The notes beneath the pieces were generated by a model. It made no database searches, was not told where the DNA came from, and was given only the letters and a program-made list of their open reading frames with translations. A program made the position numbers and the translations under genes. Of a stretch of DNA of 64,000 nucleotides, positions 25,690 to 35,939 are shown piece after piece. The stretch comes from Mantamonas sphyraenae STR306 (Eukaryota > Protista > CRuMs): the NCBI GenBank assembly GCA_026936335.1, contig JAPMXV010000060.1, positions 186,001 to 250,000 on the forward strand. The letters run 5' to 3'. The first letter of the stretch is position 1, and each line of letters begins with the position of its first letter.

Positions 25690-27529
25690 TCAGCGTCCAT
25701 TTGCCTCAAACATTCTTCTCCTGTCAGCCACACTGAGGCTGCGGCCACGCATGGAGTTGTTCGCTTCTTCCTCCTCCTCCTCCTTCTCGTTCGCATGTGC
25801 GTCACCATCGGCATCGGCATGACCGCTCTCGACTTGAAACTTTACCGTTGTGTTGGATGCCCTGGTTGGTTGGGTTTGCCATGGTGACGGCTTGGCAAAG
25901 GTGGAGGCTGCTGGTTGGTCTGTGGTTGTGACATCGCTTGCCTCCTGTGCATCCTCGCCTTCGCCTCCATTGTCGATGTCACGTCCACCCACCCCCAATG
26001 TGCTGTTGATTTGACTTTGCAGTCCTTCGAGTTCGTTGGTCCAACTGCGGTCGACGACAGTGCGGGATCGGTTTGTTCGCCGTGCCACAACCTGCGGCGC
26101 TGCCTCTTCCTCGGCCTGTGCATCGTCACTCTGCTCGTCGACGCCGCTGTTGCTGTTGTTGCTGTTGTTGCTGCTGTTGCTGCTGCTGCTGCTGATTGTG
26201 TCGTTGTTGTTGCTGCTGTTGCTACTGTTTCCTTCGCCCTTTTTGTTGTTGTGGGTGCCACGAAACTTGCCCAGCAGGGTCATGCCGCGTCCTCGCACAC
26301 GCCCGCTGGACGTTTCCATGTCCGAGGAGGATGAGGACAGTTGGTTCTCATCCTCCTCTTTGGCTGCTTGGATGGCCTTGACGGCGTCCACCTCACGTTG
26401 GAGCATGCGGTCTTGCTCCTTGGCAGCCAGGAGCTTCTGGTGCTCGGCAAGCTCTTCCACGCGCTCGTTGACGTCGGCAAAGAGGATGGGATGCTGTGCG
26501 ATGAGCATCTCCACCAATCCCTGGGCCAGGGTCATGTCCTCCATCATGAGGGCAGCGTTGTCCTCGTCTTCGGCGCGGAGGATGTTGGGGGTGATGACAA
26601 TGGCCAGGTTGGACGGTGTCATGCGGTTGGTGTCGCTGTGCAGACTGACCTGGTGTAGCAACCCAATCACTGCACTGAGAGTGGGCAGCGTGGACTCTGG
26701 AAGCAGGTTGAGCAGGTTGCAAACCTGTTTCTGGCGCACCTCTTCGTCAGGGATGCCTTCCACGGCAATGAAGAGGTCGTAGAACTCGAAACTGAGAAGG
26801 GGCACGGGCATCTCGCGCAGATACAGCTTAAGAAGTCCAGCTACCACATGAGGGTCATCCACAGACCACAGGTCGACCTCGATGCCGCTGTCCAGCTGCT
26901 TGCGCAGGTGTTTGATTTCGTCCGAGTTGCCGCTGATGCGAAACAACCCGTCCTTGTCCAAGTGGTCCTGCAGATACAAGCAAGCCTTGCCCACGAGCCA
27001 TGGCAACGTGTTTGCAGTGAGGGGCAACCCGAAGCAGTTGGCTGTCGGGAGGAGGGGGGTGGGGTTGAGGGGGGGGGGTGGGGTGGAGCAAACGCATTGT
27101 GTGTCAGTGCGTCCCACAAAGGCATGAGGGGAGATGACATCGCATGGAAGGTGAGTGGATGTGACCATGCTGCACCCACGTACTGGCTTCGAGGACAGGC
27201 ACAGAGAGGGCGGCGCCGAGGGCGTAGGTCCACTTGGTGTGGTGACGAAGCGAGGGGGCAATAAAGTCGAGCCCGGCAGTGGAGTCTTGGGTGATGAGGG
27301 AGAAACACAGCTTCTCCTTGCCCATGCATGGTTCTTCTTGCCACACGTCTGCCTTTTGGCCGCGTTGGATGGCCACAATGTCGGCGAGGTCGACGGTGGT
27401 TCGTTTGAGACTGCGTTTCTTCTCGGCGATGACCAGCCGGGCCTTGTCGGTTTCCACCCACATGAGTTTGGGGCGAATGGAGCCGGGTTTGACCCGTTGC
27501 ACACTCACAGCCTGCTCGAAATCCTCCAT
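25690..27529 (-). CDS. PH-domain + RhoGAP protein, 2 exons
   Basis: PH-like N-terminus LADIVAIQRGQ..CFSLIT..LDFIA..W. GAP motifs DGLFRISG, VAGLLKLYLREMPVPL and NRMTPSNLAIVITPNIL. Intron at about 27183-27043. Confidence 0.9.
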
Positions 27530-27646
27530 GGGCGAGGCAGGGTGGCGGGTGGCTGGGAAAATGGATTGGTGGAGGTTGAGGAGGAGGCAGTAGGGACGGG
27601 ATGGGGTTGTCTGTTGTGCGGGGGGAAGGGGAGGGGGGTGATTCAT

Positions 27647-29479
27647 TCAAATGCAGCCTGTGCATGCGGCGCTGAAGCCGTTGGAAGTCATGTTGGAACG
27701 AGAGACGGTCATACAGTTGCATCGGCGTCGAAGGTCGATGGTGGCAATGTCCATGTTGTTGTGGACGACGAGGAACTGTGCATTGCGGATGGTGGTGCGT
27801 GTGACGGCGGCTTTGCTTTTGTCGACAAGGTAGGAGAGGATGTCCGGGAGCTGGACGCCCTTCCAGGCGCTGTTCTTGAAGATGCGACGCACTTGCAGGG
27901 CAGTGAAGAAGCCGACGCTGGTGCTCTTGATGAGCGAGTCGAGCTGCGGTTGGATGTCGGCGTAGAACTTTTTCAGGTCGATGAAGCGGGTGACGGGCAT
28001 GCTGGAGTACTTGTCGGTGTTGAGGAGGCAGGCGACGAAGCCGCAAAACGCCGAAGGACGGATGTGGAAGCGACCGTAGCCCAGCATGTTGATGAAGGGT
28101 TCGAGAACAATGCCCACAGACATGGGGAAGAAGTCGTCTTGTTCGATGGTGTGGCAGGAGGCAGTTTCGACGAGTTTGATCACGTCGAGCGGGTCTGCAT
28201 CAAAATAGTTGTTCTGTTCTGATGATGATGAGGAGGAGGAGGAGGAGGAGGAGGAGGAGGAGGATGCGGTGGTGGTGGTGGTGGTGCTGGTGCTTTCGGT
28301 GTTGTTGGATCCATCGTCATCAACTTCTTCAGGTGCGTTTGTGGTCTTGACATTGTTGTCGCCATCCACGTAGAGGGAGGACTGACGTAGCTGTTCCTCG
28401 ACGTGACTGCTGGTTTTGGTGGTGGAGGAGAAGCGCTGGAGCTGGCGGACGAGGGTGGTTGGGGAACGCTCGAGGCTAAGGACAATGATGCGCACAAAGC
28501 CAGGCTTCTCGCGCAGCATGGAGAGGAGGTCGGATATGTCTGGAAGGGGATGGTCGATGGCAAGGGTGACACCCACACTCATGTCGCCAAACTGTTCCAG
28601 GTAGTCGAGGAGGGCTTCGATCTCCGAAGCCGCCGTGGCCTCCTGTCCCGGCTCCACGTAGTACTTGAGCATGGGATAGATGGAGGAAGACAGGAGGGCT
28701 GTTTCAGGGGTGCGTGCGACTGCTTCGAGGCGGTCGAGAGTGAGTTCGAGAAGGATGCGCTTGTCCTTGAGGGCCGTTGTGTCGGCGTACTTGATGCGGT
28801 CGTTGAGAGTGTCAATGTCTGTGCACAAGCCGCCCTGGAGCTTCACAAGGTACTGTACAGGGGGAGACGGGGGGAGTGGGAGGGGGGCGGGGGGGGAGTG
28901 AGTGAGCAATGAGAGCTGTGAGTGCGTGTGTGGGTGGAGGGAACGTACGGTGAGCTCGTCGGGGTATTGATCGGCAAGGTGTGTGGCAAAGGCGTCGATG
29001 TCGTCGTGGGAGAGAAAGGTGTCTGTTTCGTCGTCGTAGAGGTCAAGGTCGATGGTGAGGGGATAGGTTGTGAGTTCGTCCTGGATGAGGTCTGTGGAGG
29101 AGGAGGAGGAGGTGTCTTTGTCGTCGGGGACGGTTTCACGGAAGCTGTGGATGCGCTGGAACAGATCTTCGATGTCGGGCATTTGCATGTCTGATTGGGA
29201 GCCCATGCGTTGGGAGGTGAGCATGTACTGTGGGGAGTACTCGCGCATGCGCTGGAAGAAGCGTGCGTCGGAGCAGTAGCGTGTACGCTGCTGGCCGTGG
29301 AGGTCGCATTCGGCAACGAGCCAGACTGTGCGTGTGCCTTCGACCTGAACACGTGCCGGGATCCAGTTCATGCCCTTGCCATCGATGAGAGCACACTTTG
29401 CGCACAGGGAGTGGGTGTGGTACAGCAAGATGGGCTCGGAGGAGGCGCCAGAGGCAGAGGCAGAGACAACAGAGGTCAT
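27647..29479 (-). CDS. MJ0619/Tes (tetraether synthase)-family radical-SAM-like protein lacking the CX3CX2C motif, 2 exons
   Basis: N-terminal THSLCAKC..VWLVAECDLHG (CxxC..CxxH), LQGG at the GGEP position, FFPM..AFCGF..PVTRFIDL, and C-terminal NMDIATIDLRRRCNC..AAC. In-frame intron GTACGT..GTACAG at about 28948-28853. Confidence 0.6.
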   Translation of the reverse strand: MTSVVSASASGASSEPILLYHTHSLCAKCALIDGKGMNWIPARVQVEGTRTVWLVAECDLHGQQRTRYCSDARFFQRMREYSPQYMLTSQRMGSQSDMQMPDIEDLFQRIHSFRETVPDDKDTSSSSSTDLIQDELTTYPLTIDLDLYDDETDTFLSHDDIDAFATHLADQYPDELTVRSLHPHTHSQLSLLTHSPPAPLPLPPSPPVQYLVKLQGGLCTDIDTLNDRIKYADTTALKDKRILLELTLDRLEAVARTPETALLSSSIYPMLKYYVEPGQEATAASEIEALLDYLEQFGDMSVGVTLAIDHPLPDISDLLSMLREKPGFVRIIVLSLERSPTTLVRQLQRFSSTTKTSSHVEEQLRQSSLYVDGDNNVKTTNAPEEVDDDGSNNTESTSTTTTTTASSSSSSSSSSSSSSSEQNNYFDADPLDVIKLVETASCHTIEQDDFFPMSVGIVLEPFINMLGYGRFHIRPSAFCGFVACLLNTDKYSSMPVTRFIDLKKFYADIQPQLDSLIKSTSVGFFTALQVRRIFKNSAWKGVQLPDILSYLVDKSKAAVTRTTIRNAQFLVVHNNMDIATIDLRRRCNCMTVSRSNMTSNGFSAACTGCI

Positions 29480-29615
29480 GAGTGACGCGGGAATTGGTAC
29501 ACACGAGGGTGGTTGGGAGTCCGCTTGCCTGGGGTCGGGTGCTTGGGGTTGGATTGGGATGCGGGCGAGGGAGGATGCGCCGCGGATGCCATCAAAACTT
29601 CCCCAAGACCACACG

Positions 29616-31444
29616 ATGCAGTCGTCTTCGTCGAAGAAGAGATCTTCGGATATCATCATTGGGAACGTAAGTGTGAGGGTTTGGGGCCAGATGGAGGGTG
29701 CAGGCGTACGCGTACGCGTGTGTGCGTGCGTGCGAAGGCGCCTTGGACTGGAGGAAGCGCGGGAGAAACGCAGGAGAAACATCGACTCACACGCGTGATG
29801 GAACGGCACACACACACAGAAATACAAGCTGGGGCGGCGCATTGGCCAGGGATCGTTCGGCGACATCTACCTGGGTGAGTTGTGAGAAGAGGTGCATGTG
29901 TGGAGGCTGTGGGGAGGGAGGCAAAACCGGTTGGGCCGAGGGAACGGGAAAGAGGAAAGCACAACGGGCGCTCACACGTGCGACACGACACTCAACAGGC
30001 ACGGATCTTCTGTCTGGCGAGGAGGTGGCCATCAAGCTGGTAGGTTGTATTGGCAGCGGGTGCATGCGTGCGACAAGGGAGGTGTGGAGGTGGGAGTGAG
30101 TGAAGGGGGGACGCACGGAGGAACGCCGAGAGGAGGGATTTTCGTCTTTCGGGATGGGCGCGCGGGAAAACGCACTGGCGGAACGAGTGGAGGCAGCACG
30201 CGGGGGAAGAGGAGGGAAACTGACGCAGGATGGGTACGATGGATTACACAGGAACCTGTCAAGGCGCAGCATCCGCAGCTGCTGTACGAGGCCAAGATCT
30301 ACGCGATCCTGCACGGAGGTGAGTTTGAGGAAACGCCGAGAGGGGAGACGACGCGGTTTCGTTTTGGTTTCCTCTGTTTCGCAAGGAGCAGTAGGGAGGC
30401 AGAGAGGGGAGCATACGGGATGCATGTGCGCAGAGAGGCTGTGGCATGGATGGACGAGTGCATAGGGATGGAGATGGAGGGGTGGATGGAGGGTTAGGGA
30501 TGCGAAAGGCGGGCAAGAAGGACGGCACTGACGCGGACTGGATGCACGTTGCGACAAACGGGCTTGGGGGCGCAAAAAATACCTTTACAGTGGGTATCCC
30601 GCGCACCAAGAAGTACGGCGTGGAGGGAGACTACAACTACATGGTGCTGGACCTGCTGGGCCCGTCGCTGGAGGATCTGTTCAACTACTGCCAACGTCAG
30701 TTTTCGTTGAAGACGGTGATCATGCTTGCGATCCAGATGATCTCGCGAGTGGAGTTTGTGCACTCGCGCAACTTTATCCACCGAGACATCAAGCCGGACA
30801 ACTTCCTGATGGGCCTGGGCAAGCGTGGCAACGTGGTGCACCTGATCGACTTTGGTCTGGCAAAGAAATACCGCGACTCAAAGACACACCAACACATCCC
30901 GCTGCGCGAGAAAAAGTCGCTGACGGGCACGCCGCGATACGCGTCGCTGAACAACCATTTGGGCATTGAGCAGTCGCGCCGCGACGATCTGGAGTCGCTG
31001 GGGTACATCTTTCTGTACTTTCTGCGTGGGCAGCTGCCGTGGCAGGGGATGAAGGCCAAGACGAAGAAGGAGAAGTACAACAAGATCCTGATGGTGAAGA
31101 AGGAGACGAAGATTGAGGAGCTGTGCGAAGGCTATCCGGTGGAGTTTGTGAAGTTTCTGAACTACACACGACAGATGCAGTTCACGGACAAGCCGGACTA
31201 CTCGTACTTGCGCAAGATGTTCAACGAGCTGTTGCTGAAGGAGGGCTACGAGAACGATTACATGTTTGACTGGGTGATCCTGAAGATGCAGAAACAGCAG
31301 AAGCAGCAGCAGTCGTCGCGCAAGAGCAAGTCGAAGAGCAAGTCGTCCAAGAAGAAGAAGTCGTCGAACGACGACGAGAAGGACAAGGAGGAGGAGATGG
31401 TGGAGGATGATGCGGGCAAGGACATCGAGGAGGATGAAGGGTGA
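29616..31444 (+). CDS. CK1: Casein kinase 1, 5 exons
   Basis: Exons 29616-29666, 29820-29874, 29999-30039, 30252-30318 and 30591-31444 give [55 protein letters not shown] and [13 protein letters not shown]. Confidence 0.97.
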
Positions 31445-31531
31445 AGAAAGGGAGACAATGCAGCATTGGTGTTTTCGTGGAGATGGTCAGGGTTTGGTCA
31501 TTGTCGATCTGATGCGTCTTTGGTTGTCATT

Positions 31532-33297
31532 TCAGACCCTTGTCGATGTAGCACCCATCCCCACCCACCCAATCACCCTCTCCATCACCTCATCCGGCAG
31601 TGTCATCCACTGTGCACTCGGCTCATACCCCTCCATTCCGCCACATTCAAACATCGCCTCCCTCTCTTCCCCGTTCATCACCAACGCCGTCTCCATCGCC
31701 TCGTCCACCCCCTCCCCACCCCATCCGATCCAATGCAACGCCTTCTTCCACCCTCCTTCCTGCACCATCTGAACAGTTCTCGCCCTTGGCTTCGCTCCCC
31801 ACGCCCGCAACACCTCAACCAATCCATCATCCCCTCCCATTACTGCTCGCTCCAGTGCAGTCTCCTTCCCTCCTCGCCCTGCAAACGTGTCCACAGGAAC
31901 ACCCCACTCCCTCAACTCTCTCATCTTCTCCACATCCCCGCACTCCACAAACTCCACATGTTGCTTCTTGTTCTGCTCCAACAGTGACTGCAAAGCGTCA
32001 CCGCAAAAGCAGTCAATCTTCCAGCATGACCGATTGCCTTCCATCGCCTTTTGCAATGCTGCTGCTCCCCCGCCCCCGATGCTGTCGTCTCTGAGGTCCA
32101 GTGTCTGCAAGCTGCTATTCTCACTCAGTGCCTGCGCCAGTGCTTCTGCTCCTCCGTCCTCGATACTGCTGCCCCTGAGGTGCAGTGTCTGCAAGGTGCT
32201 GTTCTCACCCAGTGCCTGCCCCAGTGCTGCAGCTCCTTCTGCCTCGATGCCGGTGGCGTAGAGATCCAATGTCTGCAAGCTTCCGTTCACTTTCACTGCC
32301 TGTGCCAGTGCTGCCGCTCCTCCTGCCCCGATGCTGTTGCCCCTGAGGTACAGTGTCTGCATGCTACTGTTCACCGTCAGTGCCTGCGCCAGTTCTGCTG
32401 CTCCTGCTGCCCCGATGCTGTTGTAGCTGAGATCCAGGGTCTGCACGCTGCTGTTCTCGCTCAGAGCCTGCGCCACTGCTGCAGCTCCTTCATCCCCGAT
32501 GCGGTTGTTCCACAGGTCCAGTCTCTGCAAGCTGCTGTTCTCATTCAGTGCCTGCGCCAGTGCTCCTGCTCCTGCTGCCCCGATACGGTTGTTGTTGATG
32601 TTCAGTGCCTGCAAGCTGCTGTTCTCATTCAGTGCCTGCGCCAGAGCGGCTGCCCCTTCTGCCCCGAGACGGTTGTTCTCGAGGAACAGGGTTTTCAGAG
32701 TGCTGTTCTTTCTCAGTCCCTGCGCCAGTGCTGCTGCTCCCTCGTCCCCGATTCTGTCCAAGCTGAGGTTCAGTTCCTGCAAGCTGCTGGTCTCACTCAG
32801 TGTCTTGGCCAACGATGCTGCTCCTTCTGCTCCGATGCTGAAGCCGCTCAATCTCAGTTCCTCCACGCCCGAGTTCTTCTCCAGCGCCGTGCACAATGCT
32901 CCCACTTCTGCATCTCCCAGCATCCAGTTGTCAATCCTCACCGCCTATGCCCAACGTGTGAGTGCACTTTCCATCGTCCCAAGACGTGCGTCCGTGTGTA
33001 TGGGCAACGGCCGGGTCGCTCCTTTGATTTCCCTTTCCCCGCTTCCCTCTTTCCGCTCCAGCCCACCTTTCCCGTTGCCTCCAGTGCATCACACACCCGT
33101 GCATGATCCCCACTCTGAAGCACAGCTACCCAATCAATCTTCTTCCGTTCTGCCTTGTCGTTGTGAGCGTCGTGCGCACACCTCTTCCCACTCTCCCTCC
33201 CTCAGCCACTCCTCAGCCCCTCCTCAGCCCTTCCTCTCACCGCCAATCCATCCTTTCCCACCCACTTCCGACACTCACCCTGAGATTCCTGCTTCAT
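31532..33297 (-). CDS. LRR (28-aa RI/NLRC3-type, 10 full repeats) + ankyrin + C-terminal F-box-like protein, copy A
   Basis: Exons MKQESQ|ERKKIDWVAVLQSGDHARVCDALEATGK|AVRIDNWML.., then LxxLxLxxNxIGxxGAxxLAxAL repeats, ETALERAVMGG..LVEVLRAWGA and WMTLPDEVMERVIGWV. Confidence 0.88.
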
Positions 33298-33480
33298 GAT
33301 CTTTTTCCAAGTTCAGTTGCGTCATTCCGCGCGTGGCCGCGTGGATGATCATGGGTTGGTCTCGGGTTCATTGTCGTTGAGGAGGATGTCAAGGTGGTCG
33401 GCAAGGGTGTCGTGGCCTGCGTTGCGGTGGTGTGATGTCTCCACAGTGTCTCCAGCGCCTCGAATGAACGACCCTTTCAT

Positions 33481-35760
33481 TCACACATCCTTCCCACTCA
33501 CCCTCACCCTCCCCACCCACCCAATCACCCTCTCCATCACCTCATCCGGCAGTGTCACCCACCCTTCCCACCCTCCCTCCTCCACATACGCCTCCATTCC
33601 GCCACACGCAAACATCGCCTCCCTCTCCTCCCCGTTCATCACCAACGCCGTCTCCATCACCTCGTCCACCTCCCTACCCCATCCGATCCAATGCCACGCC
33701 TTCCTCCACCCTCCTTCCTGCACCATCTGAACGGTTCTCGCCCTTGGCTTCGCTTCCCAGCCCCGCAACACATCAACCAATCCCTCATCCTCTCCCATCA
33801 CTGCCCTCTCCAGTGCAGTCTCCAACCCTCCTCGCCCTGCAAACGTGTCCACAGGAACACCCCACTCCCTCAACTCTCTCATCTTTTCCACATCTCCACA
33901 CTCCACAAACTCCACGTGTTGCTTCTTGTTCTGCTTCAGCAGTGTCTGCAACGCGTCATTGCGAACGCAGTCAATCTTCCAGCACGACCGATTGCCTTCC
34001 ATCGCCTTTTGCAATGCTGCTGCTCCCACATCCCCGAGGCTGTTGGCGGTGAGGTCCAGTGTCTGCAAGCTGCTGTTCTTACTCAGTGCCTGCGCCAGTG
34101 CCTCTGCTCCTCCGTCCTCGATACTGTTGTCTCTGAGGTTCACTGTCTGCAAGGTGCTGTTCTCACCCAGTGCCTGCCCCAGTGCTGCTGCCCCTTCATC
34201 CCCGATGATGTCGTCTCTGAGGTCCAGTGTCTGCAAGCTGCTGTTCTTACTCAGTGCCTGCGCCAGTACTGCTGCCCCTTCGTCCCCAATGCGGTTGCCC
34301 CTGAGGTACAGTGTCTGCACGCTACTGTTCTCACATAATGCCTGTGCTAGTGCTGCTGCTCCTGCTGTCCCGGTCTTGTTGCTACTGAGGCTCAGTGTCT
34401 GCAGGGTGCAGTTCACCTCCAGTGCCTGCGCCAGTTCTGCTGCTCCTTCTGCTCCGATGCAGTTGTAGCCGAGGTCCAGGGTCTGCACACTGCGGTTCTG
34501 ACTCAATGCCTGCGCCAGTTCTGCTGCTCCTTCTGCTCCGATGCTGTTGTAGCCCAGGTCCAGGGTCCGCAAGGATCTATTCTCACACAACGCGTGCCCC
34601 ACTGCGGCCCCTCCTTCGTCCCCAATGCTGTTGCCCCTGAGGTACAGTGTCTGCACGCTACTGTTCACCGCCAGTGCCTGCGCCACTGCGGCCGCTGCTT
34701 CGTCCCCAATGCCGGTGTTCCAGAGGTTCAGTGTCCGCAAGCTGCTGTTCTCATTCATTGCCTGTGCCAGTGCTGTGGCTCCTGCGTCCCCGATACAGTT
34801 GTTCCACAATTCCAGTGTCTGCAAGCAGCTGTTCTCAATCAGTGCCTGCGCCAGTTCTGCTGCTCCTGCTGCCCCGATGCTGTTGTAGCTGAGATCCAGG
34901 GTCTGCAAGCTTCTGTTCTCACTCAGTCCCTGCGCCAGTGCTGCAGCTCCTTCATCCCCGATGCGGTTGTTCCACAGGTCCAGTCTCTGCAAGCTGCTGT
35001 TCTCATTCAGTGACTGCGCCAGTGCTCCTGCTCCTGCTGCCCCGATACGGTTGTTGTTGATGTTCAGTGCCTGTAAGCTGCTGTTCTCACTCAATGCCTG
35101 CGCCAGAGCGGCTGCCCCTTCTGCCCCGAGACGGTTGTTCTCGAGGTACAGGGTTTTCAGGGTGCTGTTTCGTCTCAGTCCCTGCGCCAGTGCTGCTGCT
35201 CCTTCTGCCCCGATGCGGTTGCCAACGAGGCTCAGTTCCTGCAAGCTGCTGGTCTCACTCAGTGTCTTGGCCAACGATGCTGCTCCTTCTGCTCCGATGC
35301 TGAAGCCGCTCAATCTCAGTTCCTCCACGCCCGAGTTCTTCTCCAGCGCCGTGCACAATGCTCCCACTTCTGCATCTCCCAGCATCCAGTTGTCAATCCT
35401 CACCGCCTGTGCCCAACCTGTGAGTACACTCTCCATCGTCCCAAGACGTGCGTCCGTGTGTATGGGCAACGGCCGGGTCGCTCCTTTTGATTTCCCTTTC
35501 CCCGCTTCCCTCTTTCCGCTCCAGCCCACCTTTCCCGTTGCCTCCAGTGCATCACACACCCGTGCATGATCCCCACTCTGAAGCACAGCTACCCAATCAA
35601 CCTTCTTCCGTTCTGCCTTGTCGTTGTGAGCGTCGTGCGCACACCTCTTCCCACTCTCCCTCCCTCAGCCCCCCCTCAGCCCCTCCTCAGCCCTTCCTCT
35701 CACCGCCAATCCATCCTTTCCCACCCACTTCCGACACTCACCCTGAGATTCCTGCTTCAT
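33481..35760 (-). CDS. LRR (16 full repeats) + ankyrin + F-box-like protein, copy B
   Basis: Same exon structure as copy A. Intact frame ending WVTLPDEVMERVIGWVGRVRVSGKDV. Confidence 0.88.
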
Positions 35761-35939
35761 GATCTTTTTCCAAGTTCAGTTGCGTCATTCCGCGCGTGGC
35801 CGCGTGGATGATCATGGGTTGGTCTCGGGTTCATTGTCGTTGAGGAGGATGTCAAGGTGGTCGGCAAGGGTGTCGTGGCCTGCGTTGCGGTGGTGTGATG
35901 TCTCCACAGTGTCTCCAGCGCCTCGAATGAACCACCCTT

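Noticed and set aside
29480-29866. N-terminal extension of the 739-aa radical-SAM-like ORF
   Set aside because: It overlaps CK1 exons 1-2 on the other strand, and family similarity starts only after Met 29479.
33437-33482. Hairpin at the array junction as a Helitron or other transposon end
   Set aside because: No CTRR terminus, TIRs, target-site duplication or transposase/Rep-Hel sequence is visible.
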